DNA of 64,000 bases from Ramazzottius varieornatus (Eukaryota > Animalia > Tardigrada). Below, in pieces: positions 38,033-48,912 of this stretch (the stretch's first letter is position 1; each line of letters opens with the position of its first letter). A model generated the notes under the pieces. The model did not search any database, was not told the origin of the DNA, and saw only the letters and a list, made by a program, of their open reading frames with translations. The stretch covers positions 859,153 through 923,152 of the forward strand of contig BDGG01000001.1 of NCBI GenBank assembly GCA_001949185.1, given 5' to 3'. Position numbers and translations under genes: made by a program.

Positions 38033-40079
38033 TTATTTCTTTCCCCGAATGATGTTTTCGAGAAGCCAGTCTTCGATGACCACAGGTATCATCGCCTTAT
38101 CACACATTGCCTGAACCTCTTTAGGAACGTGTGTCCTTACCACGACTAAATCGACATCGTCCAGAACGGGCTCTCTCGGCGACAGCAAAACCTGTAAAAG
38201 ATTGAAAAAAATCAAAATCCAGAAAACTATTCCAGCTGGTCGGATTTTACCGGTTCGCCCCTTCCGGCTTCGATGATGGGCATCCACCAGTCGGCTGAAG
38301 TAGCCTGCCATCCATTGAGGCTTATAGGGTAGAAACCGGTGCGGAGGTTGTCGAGAAGACTAGCGATAGATCCACTCGACGACTCGTCCTCTAGAATCAT
38401 ATCCTGCTGGTAGACGGTATTTCTCAAAGTCGATCATTTTTCCTCTGTAATACATGCTCTTGAGCCAGTGGTATTCAATGCAGGGTACGTTGGCTACCAA
38501 ACATTCGAGGTATCGTTGAGTTCGGCAGCATGCGGAAGTGATGAGAAAGCGCTTCTTTGGGTTGGCGAATTGAATCTACAACACGAAAATTTAGTTTCCG
38601 TCAAACAAACGGCTCGTCAATCAACGATAACAAACATGGGGAGTAGGCGGAAGCGCTGGCAGCTCAAGCCTACGATCCACACATGCGCTGATCTTACACA
38701 TACTGTGTATCGATAATGCAAGTAGGCGCAAACTACTAGCCGTCTCTCACTACCTCGTCGCGAAAGCATGAATTTCCTGAATCCTGGTCCAGATCTTCAA
38801 CGGCAAACCCTCTTCAAAACATAAGACTGTTAGTATTCAAGTGAATACACTCTAAAGTCGAAGGGATCCTGTCATCAGCCGAAACCCGATAAAATAATTG
38901 GACACGGAAAGCCAGACTTACGTCGGTCAGTTCTTCGAAGTAGGCCACCATCTTTCCTCCCATTTGAGCGACCCATGTTCTAATCCTCTCGTCCAAGTCA
39001 CCAGCTCGATACTCAGCTTCTTCTTCTTCGCTACTTGAACTGCGGGTTATGTTGGGATGGGTGGTAGTGAAGAGGCAGCCGTCAAGCAGCTTATTGAAGG
39101 GAACGGGTTGAACTCGCTTCAGGTGTGTGTCCATATCGACCTGATCCACCATCATCTCAGGCACACTGGTCAAAAACGGCTTGCCTCCTTTCCCTCGTAC
39201 CCTGTACTTTCCGGGTTCGCTTCCACTCTTCCTTGCAATGCGAACTTCTCGGTAGAGTTCTAACTTGAAAACCTTTCCGTGGCGGTCGACACTCCTACCA
39301 AAAAAAACGGAAGAACCATCATCTGGAAGTCAGTCAGAAAACGACTGCCCATCAAAGCCGCGCATGATGTAAACTATTGCCCGTTGTGGAGTAAACAGGT
39401 CATGACGTCAGCGCTACTATTGAGTCGTTAATACGATCAGTAAATCAAGCACCCAAATCAACGGTACTTCTCACCCGTCGTGGATATCCGTTGTCTGCAC
39501 CAGAACTCCTGGCTGTAAATAGTCACTGGCCGCTACGACGTCCTCAGGATCCGCTTCAGCTAGTTGATCACCTTCGTACCATCTGATAACGAAACGTGTT
39601 CCATCCTCTGACTTCTCTTCAATCCGTGCAGGAAACCATCGCTGAAGTGTACCTTCCGGTAGCACGTCTTCGAAGCGACAAAACACTTTCTTTCTGTTCA
39701 GAAAGGAGTGATCGCCGATGGTGATTTCTCGTCTTTGTCGTATTCACCGGGTGGACGCTTGTCGAAACAGTCTACAGACGCACCCACCCTGGTGCTCACG
39801 AGCAAGATCTAAAAGAGCAGTACGAGGGATCCAAGATTCGGAGTCCAAAGTCGAAACTCGAAACTGAAGTCTGGCACTTTTCTCGACTTCCGGTTGACGT
39901 CACGAACGAACTGGTGCCACAGTAACTGTTCCACTAAGCGTGGCGGTTTCACCGAGCCTGGTGCGGTGATTCCAGTGGAAGCAACCGTGGGTCTGTGGAA
40001 TCACGGTTGCCGAACCATGGCATGGCCTGCCACGATGTTATTTTCCTGGAGTTCACTCCAGAAAGTTATTTTCTCCCAT
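38033..40079 (-). pseudogene. TP53BP1: Compact 53BP1-like gene (Tudor + tandem BRCT), disrupted
   Basis: Tudor: KVFCRF..WFPARI..FVIRWYEGD. BRCT1: PFNKLLDGCLF..SSEEEE..GGKM..CRTQRYLECLVANVPCIEYHWL..YRLPAGY. BRCT2: W..IIEAG..DLVV..IPVVIEDWLLENIIRG. A frameshift/TAG falls at 38360-38372, and the likely 5' frame has an in-frame TGA at 39900-39902. Confidence 0.8.
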
Positions 40080-40106
40080 CGCAACGATTGATTTCCGTCT
40101 GGAAGT

Positions 40107-40141
40107 TTCGATTTGCGATCTGCGATTTGCGATCTGCGATC
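40107..40141. repeat. 7-bp tandem repeat (TGCGATY) x5 in a divergent promoter
   Basis: TTCGATT TGCGATC TGCGATT TGCGATC TGCGATC, between the 53BP1-like (-) and p23 (+) starts. Confidence 0.8.
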
Positions 40142-40224
40142 GTCTCTGCTGAACTTCCGCGGTTATCTGGTTGCTGGAGTTGGGATCTATCTGCCGGCTG
40201 CTAGGTTATATCGGAGTTTTGGAG

Positions 40225-41400
40225 ATGGCTTCAGGGTAAGGAATGACGAAACACTACCCTGCTGTTTACCGGTAAGCAGAACCTCTATTTCTGTACCTGT
40301 AATTTTGTTACAGGAAACTGATACCCTCGGCGACGTGGGCTCAACGGAAGGAGGTGGTCTTTCTTACATTTCTGGTGCAAGATGTCAAGGATCTGGATTT
40401 GAAGATCGAAGCCAACAGGATACATTTCGAGTGAGTTAATCTCTTCAATTTTTCGTCAATCAACAATCAATCCATATAGGGGTTATTTTGTTTCCGCAGA
40501 GGATCGTCAGATTCGAAAAATTACGATTTTGATCTCGAGCTGTACGCCGAAATCGATCCAGAGGTTTGACTGTCGTCTCTTTTACCTGCCACATGCAGCG
40601 CTGGTGATTCTTTACTTCCAGAAATCAAAGTACACCAAGGGAGACCGGGTAATCGACTGCTTACTTCAGAAGAAGGATACCAGTGCACCTTTCTGGCCTC
40701 GTCTGGCCAAAGGTGAGCTTTTTACCTCCGGGAGCACTGAGAGAGCTGGAACAGGGATTTCTACCTGTGTCTCTTGATGTCTTTGTGGTTTTAACACTGG
40801 AAGAACGCGCAATGCAGAAAGTAACTTATGGCTGGTTATCAATCAAGCCAGTCAACCAATTCACACAACGACTGTTTGCATCGCGTGAACAGAAATGGCA
40901 GTTCGACATTGACTTCTGCAGCAGACATATCCTGTTTCTATTGGTTCGTTTTCTTGACAAAGGCTTCATGTTGGTCTTTTTGCAGCTTCCGGTAAACAAG
41001 GATGGCTCAAGACTGACTTCGCCCGATGGAAAGATGAAGATGATGCTGACGATGAAGAGAAGGGTGGTTTTGGAGGTGGCGATATGGACTTCACCCAGGT
41101 AAGTGCATTTCAGTCAAGACGACGTCCGTTTGGCAAGTGGCGCACTCTGCCAGTCGGTCATACTGGAAACACGCGCCACTTGGGTAAACGATTTGGCTGA
41201 GTATATTTGTTGACTTCCAAATACCTCTGCAAAGCAGAAGTATTTTTCAGATGATGGGACAAATGGGCGGTATGGGAGGTATGGGCGGGATGGGCGATAT
41301 GGGAGGGATGAACTTCGGAGGTCCCGGCGGAGACGACATGCCCGACTCTGACGATGACAAGGACGACGAGGATGAAGAAGGCATGCCCAAGCTGGAATAG
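40225..41400 (+). CDS. PTGES3: Hsp90 co-chaperone p23
   Basis: Six exons: PSATWAQRKEVVFLT, DLELYAEIDPE, PFWPRLAK, WLKTDFARWKDEDD, GMGG repeats and DSDDD..MPKLE*. Confidence 0.95.
41127..41190. repeat. Dispersed palindromic mini-repeat, copy 3 (in a p23 intron)
   Basis: CGTTTGGCAAGTGGCGCAC..CCAGT / ACTGG..CGCGCCACTTGGGTAAACG. Confidence 0.7.
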
Positions 41401-42000
41401 AAGAAATGGTCAGCAGCTTAATACTTTACTTGACAGTCTTTTCCGGCCTTATAATGTGAAGCCAAAATTGTTTCACGGTTTACTTCTTTTTCCTTGAAAG
41501 CTTTTCAAAACACGCACCGCTGGAAGATCGAACAGTAGTATGTTTGGCTGGATTCAAGTTTCGTACCGTGATTGTGATGATCCTTTTGACGGTATCATTG
41601 CATTCCAGCTTTCGCTTTAGTCGTCACCCACGTGATAGCTCCTGTACCGTTAGGAAAAGTTAAATTGTCTTCACATACCAATGAAGTGAAATTCACCATT
41701 CATGACTACGAGTATTTTGGCGAAAGCTGTGACTGTTTTTCTTAAAGACTCATTGCGATGGACAAAGTTTGTGAAGGGACTATGTTATACATATGCACAA
41801 CTATAACTACATACTTAACCGCGAAAAGCAGGTCCGTTATTGGGTACGAGGAGGCGGCAGTGGAGTGGCCACCACAGGATTTAGCCGTCGGAGTGGCCAC
41901 ACAACGAAAGTCCAAGCACCGTGTGGGGTGGTTGATTGACTGGTATCAGCTGATGTGGTCAAAACAGGCTTTTTGATATTGGGAATACTCTGCCTTCTCC

Positions 42001-42451
42001 NNNNNNNNNNNNNNNNNNNNNNNNNNNNNNNNNNNNNNNNNNNNNNNNNNNNNNNNNNNNNNNNNNNNNNNNNNNNNNNNNNNNNNNNNNNNNNNNNNNN
42101 NNNNNNNNNNNNNNNNNNNNNNNNNNNNNNNNNNNNNNNNNNNNNNNNNNNNNNNNNNNNNNNNNNNNNNNNNNNNNNNNNNNNNNNNNNNNNNNNNNNN
42201 NNNNNNNNNNNNNNNNNNNNNNNNNNNNNNNNNNNNNNNNNNNNNNNNNNNNNNNNNNNNNNNNNNNNNNNNNNNNNNNNNNNNNNNNNNNNNNNNNNNN
42301 NNNNNNNNNNNNNNNNNNNNNNNNNNNNNNNNNNNNNNNNNNNNNNNNNNNNNNNNNNNNNNNNNNNNNNNNNNNNNNNNNNNNNNNNNNNNNNNNNNNN
42401 NNNNNNNNNNNNNNNNNNNNNNNNNNNNNNNNNNNNNNNNNNNNNNNNNNN
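42001..42451. other. Assembly gap (N run)
   Basis: 451 N bases. Confidence 1.
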
Positions 42452-42489
42452 CGTTTTCCCGCGGTGACCATTCCACTGCCGCCTCCTGG

Positions 42490-45400
42490 TAGAGACCTGG
42501 GCCGCAGGTCAAAACGTACGCTGCATCTGCGCTGCGCCCTTTTCTGGTACTCGGCAACTGCGCTGCGCTGCGTGAATCTGGACTGGACCGACGGTGCAGC
42601 TGCGCTGCACCTTACTGTACGTGCGAGGCAACTGCGCTGCGGTTCAATTTCGAACTTAAAATAGCCAAATACAAAATTAGACATTCTCAAATTCAAAATT
42701 AGACTGGACAACCATGAGATCGCTTAAAGTTTGAGGAGCTAAATTTTTACGCTTCTCCGATACAGCAGTTCCAGATCTGCTAAACAAACGTTCGGAAGGT
42801 GTGCTAGTGGCAGATACAGAAAGGATTCGCAGCGCATAGCACTTCAAACGAGGAAAGTCATTCTCTTTCTCTGTCCAAAAGCTAAGGACATCTTGGTCTT
42901 CGGGAGGACTGGGCAAACTCGCATAGCGCTCGACTTCGTTTCCGATGGGATTGTCGGCAGAATACTTGGCCAAGGCTTTCACGTTGAACTTGGTACTGCC
43001 TCTTGAAGCTACTGCGACAGTCGAATAGTAAAAGCCATTCTCCTGCACTGATCACTGTTCAGGTTAGATTTGATGTCCAAATGTTACAGTGAGAAGTATT
43101 GACAAATTAGAGCTCTCCTTTTTTCGCTATGTAGTTTTTAACGAAATGCGTGACTCAGTGCGCGGCATTATGGCTTTTACCTTCTACTATCGGAGCTCCT
43201 GTCTTTTCTGGCTGTGGAATTTTCTGCACTTCTTCCATCGCTCGCTTGAGAACAGCTACTCGTTCAGTCGCAGTTAGGAACTGAAGGTGCTTCATGGAGG
43301 GATCCAGAAAGACGGCCACTCTATGAAGCTCATCAATCTGGAGCTCCTTGTTGAAAATGTTTTCGACATGTTTCTGGAAGGCTCTAATTTCCGGAAAGTC
43401 AGACGGCACCTGATCCTTGAAGTGGCGCTTCAGTTCGAGATACGCTGGAACCACGAGATGAATTGTTGGACGTTTCGAAACCGAAAGAAGGAATGTAGCA
43501 TCCCGTACAGGCTCAAACAGGTCGTGAAACTCTTGCATTTTCTGCCTACTCGGCAAAAGATGAGACTCCTTTCGCTCAGCAAGGATGTCTTCAAGCTGCT
43601 CGTAGACAGCCAGAACTGAAGCAAACATTTCGACGTGGGTGTTCCACCTAGAAATAAATTCCAGTTCATACTAGGCGTTGGAAACATGAATTGGAGCTCT
43701 AATATCATGGCCTTGGTTCGGCCTTACCGGGTTTCGCAGTGTTGCTTCAACGTTGTTTTAAGCTGCCGACTGATACCACCTTGCTTACAGTGTGTAACGA
43801 GGGACTTGACCTGGTTAACTAAAGCAAGAACTGGTAAGGCTTCTGCAGGCATGGGATGCTGACTTTTCGGGTTGGATTTGAGGAAGTTTTGCGAACAGGT
43901 GTTAAGAAGATGTCCGGCGCAGTTGATGCGCTCGAAGCCCGAGTTACGAAAAGCTACTTTCATGTTTCCGCCTTGATCCGTAACAAAGCTGCAGAGCTTC
44001 AGATCTTCCTCACACAAGCCGATTTCTCGAAGTTTGCTAAAAATGAACTTTTGTACAGCCGCGCCCGTCTTTCTGTCCACGGTGTCACATTCGCTACAAA
44101 AAAGTAGTCTTTCCCGGAGCTCCGATCCGCCGAACATATAGGGCACAGTACAGCCTGCAAAAACGAAAGCCCTATGCCACTCATACAGACTGCAAATGGT
44201 GTAATCCTGCTGCCCAAAAACAATCAACAGTTCCTCTTACCTAAGTACGACACTTTAGTGTACTCTTCTTCCCAAAAGTCAAGCGTTATGCCTCCACCGC
44301 GAAGTCGTAGGATGGGTTTGACTTCCTCAAGGAGAGATTCCCTGATGGCTTTGGCTTCTTTTCCGACGTACTGGCTCACTGAAGTTGGGTCGGGCAGCAT
44401 GTCGCGAGCAGTGGGCTTTCCAGCGTGGCTATATTTCATCGTAACATCGATTACGGTATCTATTAGAGCTCTAAATCCGGTTCCAACCACTTCTTCGAAG
44501 TTCCTTCCATCCACTGCGCAGTATCGAGCACATACTCGGGACTTTTCTTGCTTTGCGGCCAGGGGCAGCTTGTGTGACTTAAGGTAGCCAGTAATCTTGG
44601 GCTGGTTCGCCTTGACGCCACATTTCGAGACATGCCGATGAAGAGCATCAGTATTCACAGTTCTGTCATGCTTCCACACTTGCTTACATCTACTACAGCA
44701 TACAAAGTCGAGCCTATCTTCGGACTCTTTATCCACAACGCGTCTCATTGTGTCCCAGAACGGAGCTCCCTTTCGGCTACCAAAACTTTCTGCTCGTAAG
44801 ACGAATGTGTCGTCCTTAACCATATTCGCCACTTCTTCAACCGGCATACCTCTGTAAACAAATCGTACAGTAAATATCGGCGCTGATTAGTTAGAGCTCT
44901 AATCACAGGTACGCAGTTTGGTAAATGTACCTAGCTTTAAGCTGAATCTCAGAAGGCTGAACAGATCTCCTTTTGACAGGCATCTTTCCGCTGGACTTTC
45001 TCCGCTTCTGGACGGCATTTTCGGCAACTCTTTCATCTCCACTTTCCTCCAGAGAATCGTCGGACAACAGGTGATCCTCCATCAGAGCTCTAATCAAGGC
45101 TAACAAAAGGCAGTCCACAACAAAGTCCGCTGAAACTTTCTACAGAAGTAACTTTATCGAACTCCGAGACTTCCGGTTCCACTGACAGATTAACTACCAG
45201 GCGCTTTACGGCTGGGCAAAACACTATTTCGGGGCGAGCTTGCGCAACCAGTCGGTGTTTTATCAGCAAGCAGAAAACACCTAGTAAGCAAGGGTTTGAT
45301 AACGGCCACCAACCGGGAGATTCTCAGTTCGAAAACCGAAAACCGTCTTTTTGTGCCGTTTGCAGCTGCGCTGCGTTAGCTTGCCACACGCTGCATACTG

Positions 45401-45501
45401 CGCTGCGCTGCACACAAACGCCAAAGTGAACGCTGCAACTGCACTGCTACGCAGCGCAGCTGCAGCGCAGTACAGCGTACGCGGCGAGATCCCGGTCTCT
45501 A
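42490..45501 (-). mobile_element. Full-length hAT (Hermes/hobo-like) DNA transposon, 3012 bp
   Basis: TIR TAGAGACC(T)GGG / CCCGGTCTCTA; perfect 8-bp TSD CCTCCTGG (42482-42489 and 45502-45509); subterminal (GCTGC)n arrays at both ends. Confidence 0.95.
42677..45082 (-). CDS. hAT transposase, 5 exons, apparently intact
   Basis: BED finger (W..M...CSRC...LHRH...C), DGRNFEEVVGTGF, ITLDFW, FVTDQGGNM, CAGH, TRWN, FLDP, and the hATC domain FW..FPRL..A.RILSVSATSTPSERLFS; GT-AG introns restore a single frame. Confidence 0.9.
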
Positions 45502-45577
45502 CCTCCTGGTAGGTGTTCAGATTAGATTTGCTGGAAATCTTCAGTTGACTAGTGTGGGCGGGGCATAACGAAGCGAT

Positions 45578-46405
45578 TGGCCGCAGCTACGACATAGCCT
45601 GCACTCGTAGCCAGCTGGCTGTACGTACGTGCCAGATGGCTGCCATCTGGCACGTACGTACAGCCAGCTGGCGTACGACGAAATCGAGGCATTTGTCGAA
45701 CAGTTGAAAGTATCGGGTAAAGTCGCCAAGTGCCTGCAGTACCTGCGGGAGATGTTCAGTAACATGGACGAAAAGTACAAGCCTCTGTTTCAGCTGCGCG
45801 CTTTTGATCACATCGGTGACAGACTCGAGGCTGAGCTGACGAAATGTGAAAATAACAGCCTACCGTTCGCCCCTTATGTGCTGGAAGCGACAGCAGGAAT
45901 CTCCAGTACTTTCGAGGGTCTTCTGTTGGACAAAGAACTGGATCCTCACGCACTAGCAGAAGGAAGAACGAACGAATGGACGAGGAAACTTTGGTACACC
46001 GAAAGCAAGACCCAGCTTGTTGCTGCGCTCACTGCAGCGAAAGCCAAAGTGGATCAAGTCTCCAAGGAACATCCTGAGTCTAAGTTCCTGATGGGGGTAA
46101 GAATTTTTGAGCCCAGCCAGGCTGTGAGAATGATGGAGGACCGAGAATGGACCAAAATGCGAGATACCATCCTTCCAAAGCAGGGCGTTACAGGGATAAG
46201 TCAAATCCCGATGGATGAGTGGAGGGTCTACCAGAAGATTGCTGAAGAAGTCATGTTCATCAACGCGGAGAACCTGGATTCGTTCTGGAGAAGTCACTCG
46301 AAGGAACTACCAGTCTTGCATGCTATTGCTCTCCAGAATATATGGACACCAGTTAATTCGGTGGAGGTTGAGAGATATTTTAGTGTTATCAACTCGTTCT
46401 TTTGA
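45578..46405 (+). pseudogene. Older hAT-superfamily transposase remnant (C-terminal dimerisation region)
   Basis: LDSFWRSHSKELPVLHAIALQNIWTPVNSVEVERYFS; 5'-truncated and interrupted by a palindromic insertion. Confidence 0.75.
45610..45672. mobile_element. 63-bp perfect palindromic insertion with a 3-bp GTA duplication
   Basis: 31-bp arm GCCAGCTGGCTGTACGTACGTGCCAGATGGC, a single T, then its exact reverse complement; GTA on both flanks. Confidence 0.8.
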
Positions 46406-47874
46406 AAAAAGCGATATCAGATGAAGAAAAATAATATAGCAGTTCTGATGAGTTTTGCTTTCAATATGAGACGCTTGAAAGACTTTGACACGTTTGATAA
46501 TAGTCTTCAACATATGGAATTGTACAATGCTGCCTAGTTATACAAAACATTTGATCATGCTCAGTAAATAAGAAATTGCCATCAAGTTGTCTTTCGATTA
46601 TCTTCAGTTCCACACGGTTACTTCAGTTCCACACGGTTACTTGTGTAAAACTATAATAATTATATATTTCGTGATTTTCTGACGGCGCAAGTAACAATGC
46701 GGAACTGTAGTCAGCTAGTTCGTGAAGTTATGTTAATGTGTATCGTTCTGTTTTGTCACGATTGTTTCTTATCAGCGTAGAAAAGAGGGTTGCAGTTTCT
46801 TCCTCCGCATAACGTAATTTATGTGTGCTGGTGCACGTCGGGCTGCAGTAGGTAGGTGCATGTCGTAGTTTAGTACCGCGCTCGGCATGCGCTTCTGCAT
46901 TCGCTAAATTCGCCAAAATCTGACGAATTTCAGCAACTGTAGTTCAGATGTACGGTAAAAATGGACTACCGAGGACAAATAGTACTTTTAGCATGTGCTA
47001 TTTTTTGGTCAGAAACCCATAATTTATTTCAGATATTTATTTCTGAAACGTACGACAAGTGAGATCAGTCGAATCACCATTATTTCAAGGATGCTTACCC
47101 GTGCTTGTAACTAAAATATATTTCATCCTTTTTAGTTCGCATAAAACTTAAAAAAAGTGAAAATGAATGAGAATTTTCCACTGCAGTCAGTGCCGGTCAC
47201 CCAGTTGGCTCTCCCAGAACTCGCCAATGTGGAATATCTCAACGAGACCCAATTTTATGCAGTGGCCTACCAAGTTTTGAACAATATAGCGTTGGCGGAA
47301 AACTTTGAAAGGTTTTCGTTCGGCAGCGAGTTACGCTCAACCATGCAGGTATACAAGCCTGAAACGAGACCTCGATTTCCGGCTTAAAACTTTCCGCGAA
47401 GCATTTTTGGGTGACGCGCGATTTTCCCAAAAATTTAAAGAAACAATGGCAAGTGTTCCAGATGTCCGACGATGAAATATGTAGACAGGGGAACTGGCGC
47501 AGAGTCTCAAAAGAGTCTCAAAATACGTTGAGTGAATTGGAATTACCTTGAAGTGCTGGTCAGATGACCGACAAACCTTATGCTTTATGTCCACGTCCAA
47601 AAAACGAAGCCGTGAACCCGTTGACTTCGGTCTCCGATGAGCACTGATGGGCGTATCCCGCATCGAGGTCCACAAGCGAACTTTGATTCCGGAAGACCGG
47701 TATAGCTGCCGTCACAAGTGCTAGATTTGACGAGTCTACTTGATTATTATCAATTACAGCAGTTTCGACACCTAATAAAATGGGTGAAAACCTAGCGAGT
47801 TTGGTTGAGTTAACGGTTGTTTTTGCGGTGTTCGCATGCTGGATGCTGTTAGGACTGCTTTTCGACAGGCAAAG

Positions 47875-48912
47875 ATGAACCTAGCTGCGGGCTCATTCCT
47901 CCTTTTGGGAACTGTGATTTCACTGACGATCGCCTACGAGCCTTATCATATGCGTCTGCACGCTCAGATTATCCGGCTGGAAAACCCACAAGGCATCGAC
48001 TATCAAGGCCAACCCTGCGGTGGACAGTTTACTCCACGCCAGTGCAACGCTGTCGTTTCGGCTTTCGTCGATACGTAGGCTCAACAGCATCCAAAACTCG
48101 CGACATGTGATATATGCATAGTTTTCCTGCATGCAGCCTTGTTTCAGGGACTCTTCTGTCAATCCGTTTCATTCCGGAGCCGAGTCGTACGGACGATATG
48201 GACCTGTGGAGTACAAAGTCCTGAGTGTACACCAAGACGATAACGGTACGCACGAGAAAGGTTCCATTGTTCTGTAATACAGTGGAAGTTGTAGCATAAT
48301 TCAATCAGAGTGAGTCCAAGTCTTTTCTGCAGATCCGCATATCAACCAAATCATTTCTGCGGATATTTGCGGGAAATCTATCGAGGTTCGGCTACCTTAT
48401 CCCTTGTACAATGTCCACAGCGTATTCATCTCCCGAGCTGCTGACTTACATCTGGACTAAGACGTTTGGGTAGTTCGGCTAAAGTTTTTTGTTTTGTGTT
48501 ACAGAAAGCCGTCGTAAAAGTCCGGGCGACCGAACAAGGTATAGCGCTACTTTGCTCCGTGCACGACTTTGCCGTATGGCTTGATGATACTCCATGAGAT
48601 TTTTTCGCTGGAGAGATTTTGCAATTCTGATTGGGCTTTTGGTGCAAGCAGATGAAAACGGCGGAAAGCGCATCAATGATTTCACATGCGACGCTCTCCT
48701 GCAAACGTTGCAAGGGGAGAACGTATGGTCCGCCGTTCAGCTTTGCCAGCCAGAATACCAACCAAAAAAGATGAGGTAAGGCGGAACCCTGAGGCTCTTC
48801 TCCCCGTTCACCTCGCTCGTTTGGTTATGAACCCCGTCTCTTTTGTAGGCTTTACTTCCGCTATAAAGTATCAAGACTGGAAGAGAAACAGTGTCGGCAA
48901 CACCAGCACTGA
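47875..48912 (+). CDS. Secreted C2-like protein of the tardigrade AMNP (anhydrobiosis-related Mn-dependent peroxidase) family
   Basis: Signal peptide, then RLHAQIIRLENPQG..CGGQFTPRQCNAVVSAFVDT..DNDPHINQIISADICG..AVVKVRATEQD..INDFTC..WSAVQLCQP..RLYFRYKV..C; six exons in frame, six Cys. Confidence 0.75.

Larger units (their letters stand above)
41847..45509. mobile_element. Tc1/mariner-like MITE (TA target) whose right TIR is interrupted by a hAT insertion
   Basis: The left end TA|CGAGGAGGCGGCAGTGGAGTGGCCACCACAGGA matches the reverse complement of 42457-42489, which continues after the hAT as CCTCCTGG|TA (45502-45511); spans the assembly gap. Confidence 0.7.

Noticed and set aside
38455-39215. 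Additional suspected frameshifts in the 53BP1-like gene near 38460 and 39210
   Set aside because: Re-reading shows HWLKSMYYRG and EPGKYRV are in frame.
42452-42489. FPAVTIPLPPP read as the 5' part of the old hAT transposase
   Set aside because: The same bases are the inverted repeat of 41847-41880 (MITE TIR), so the peptide resemblance is coincidental.
41946-42711. Long ORFs in the ORF track
   Set aside because: Artefacts of translating through the N gap.
46601-46640. 19-bp tandem duplication as the terminus of the old hAT
   Set aside because: No convincing matching TIR or TSD on the left side.
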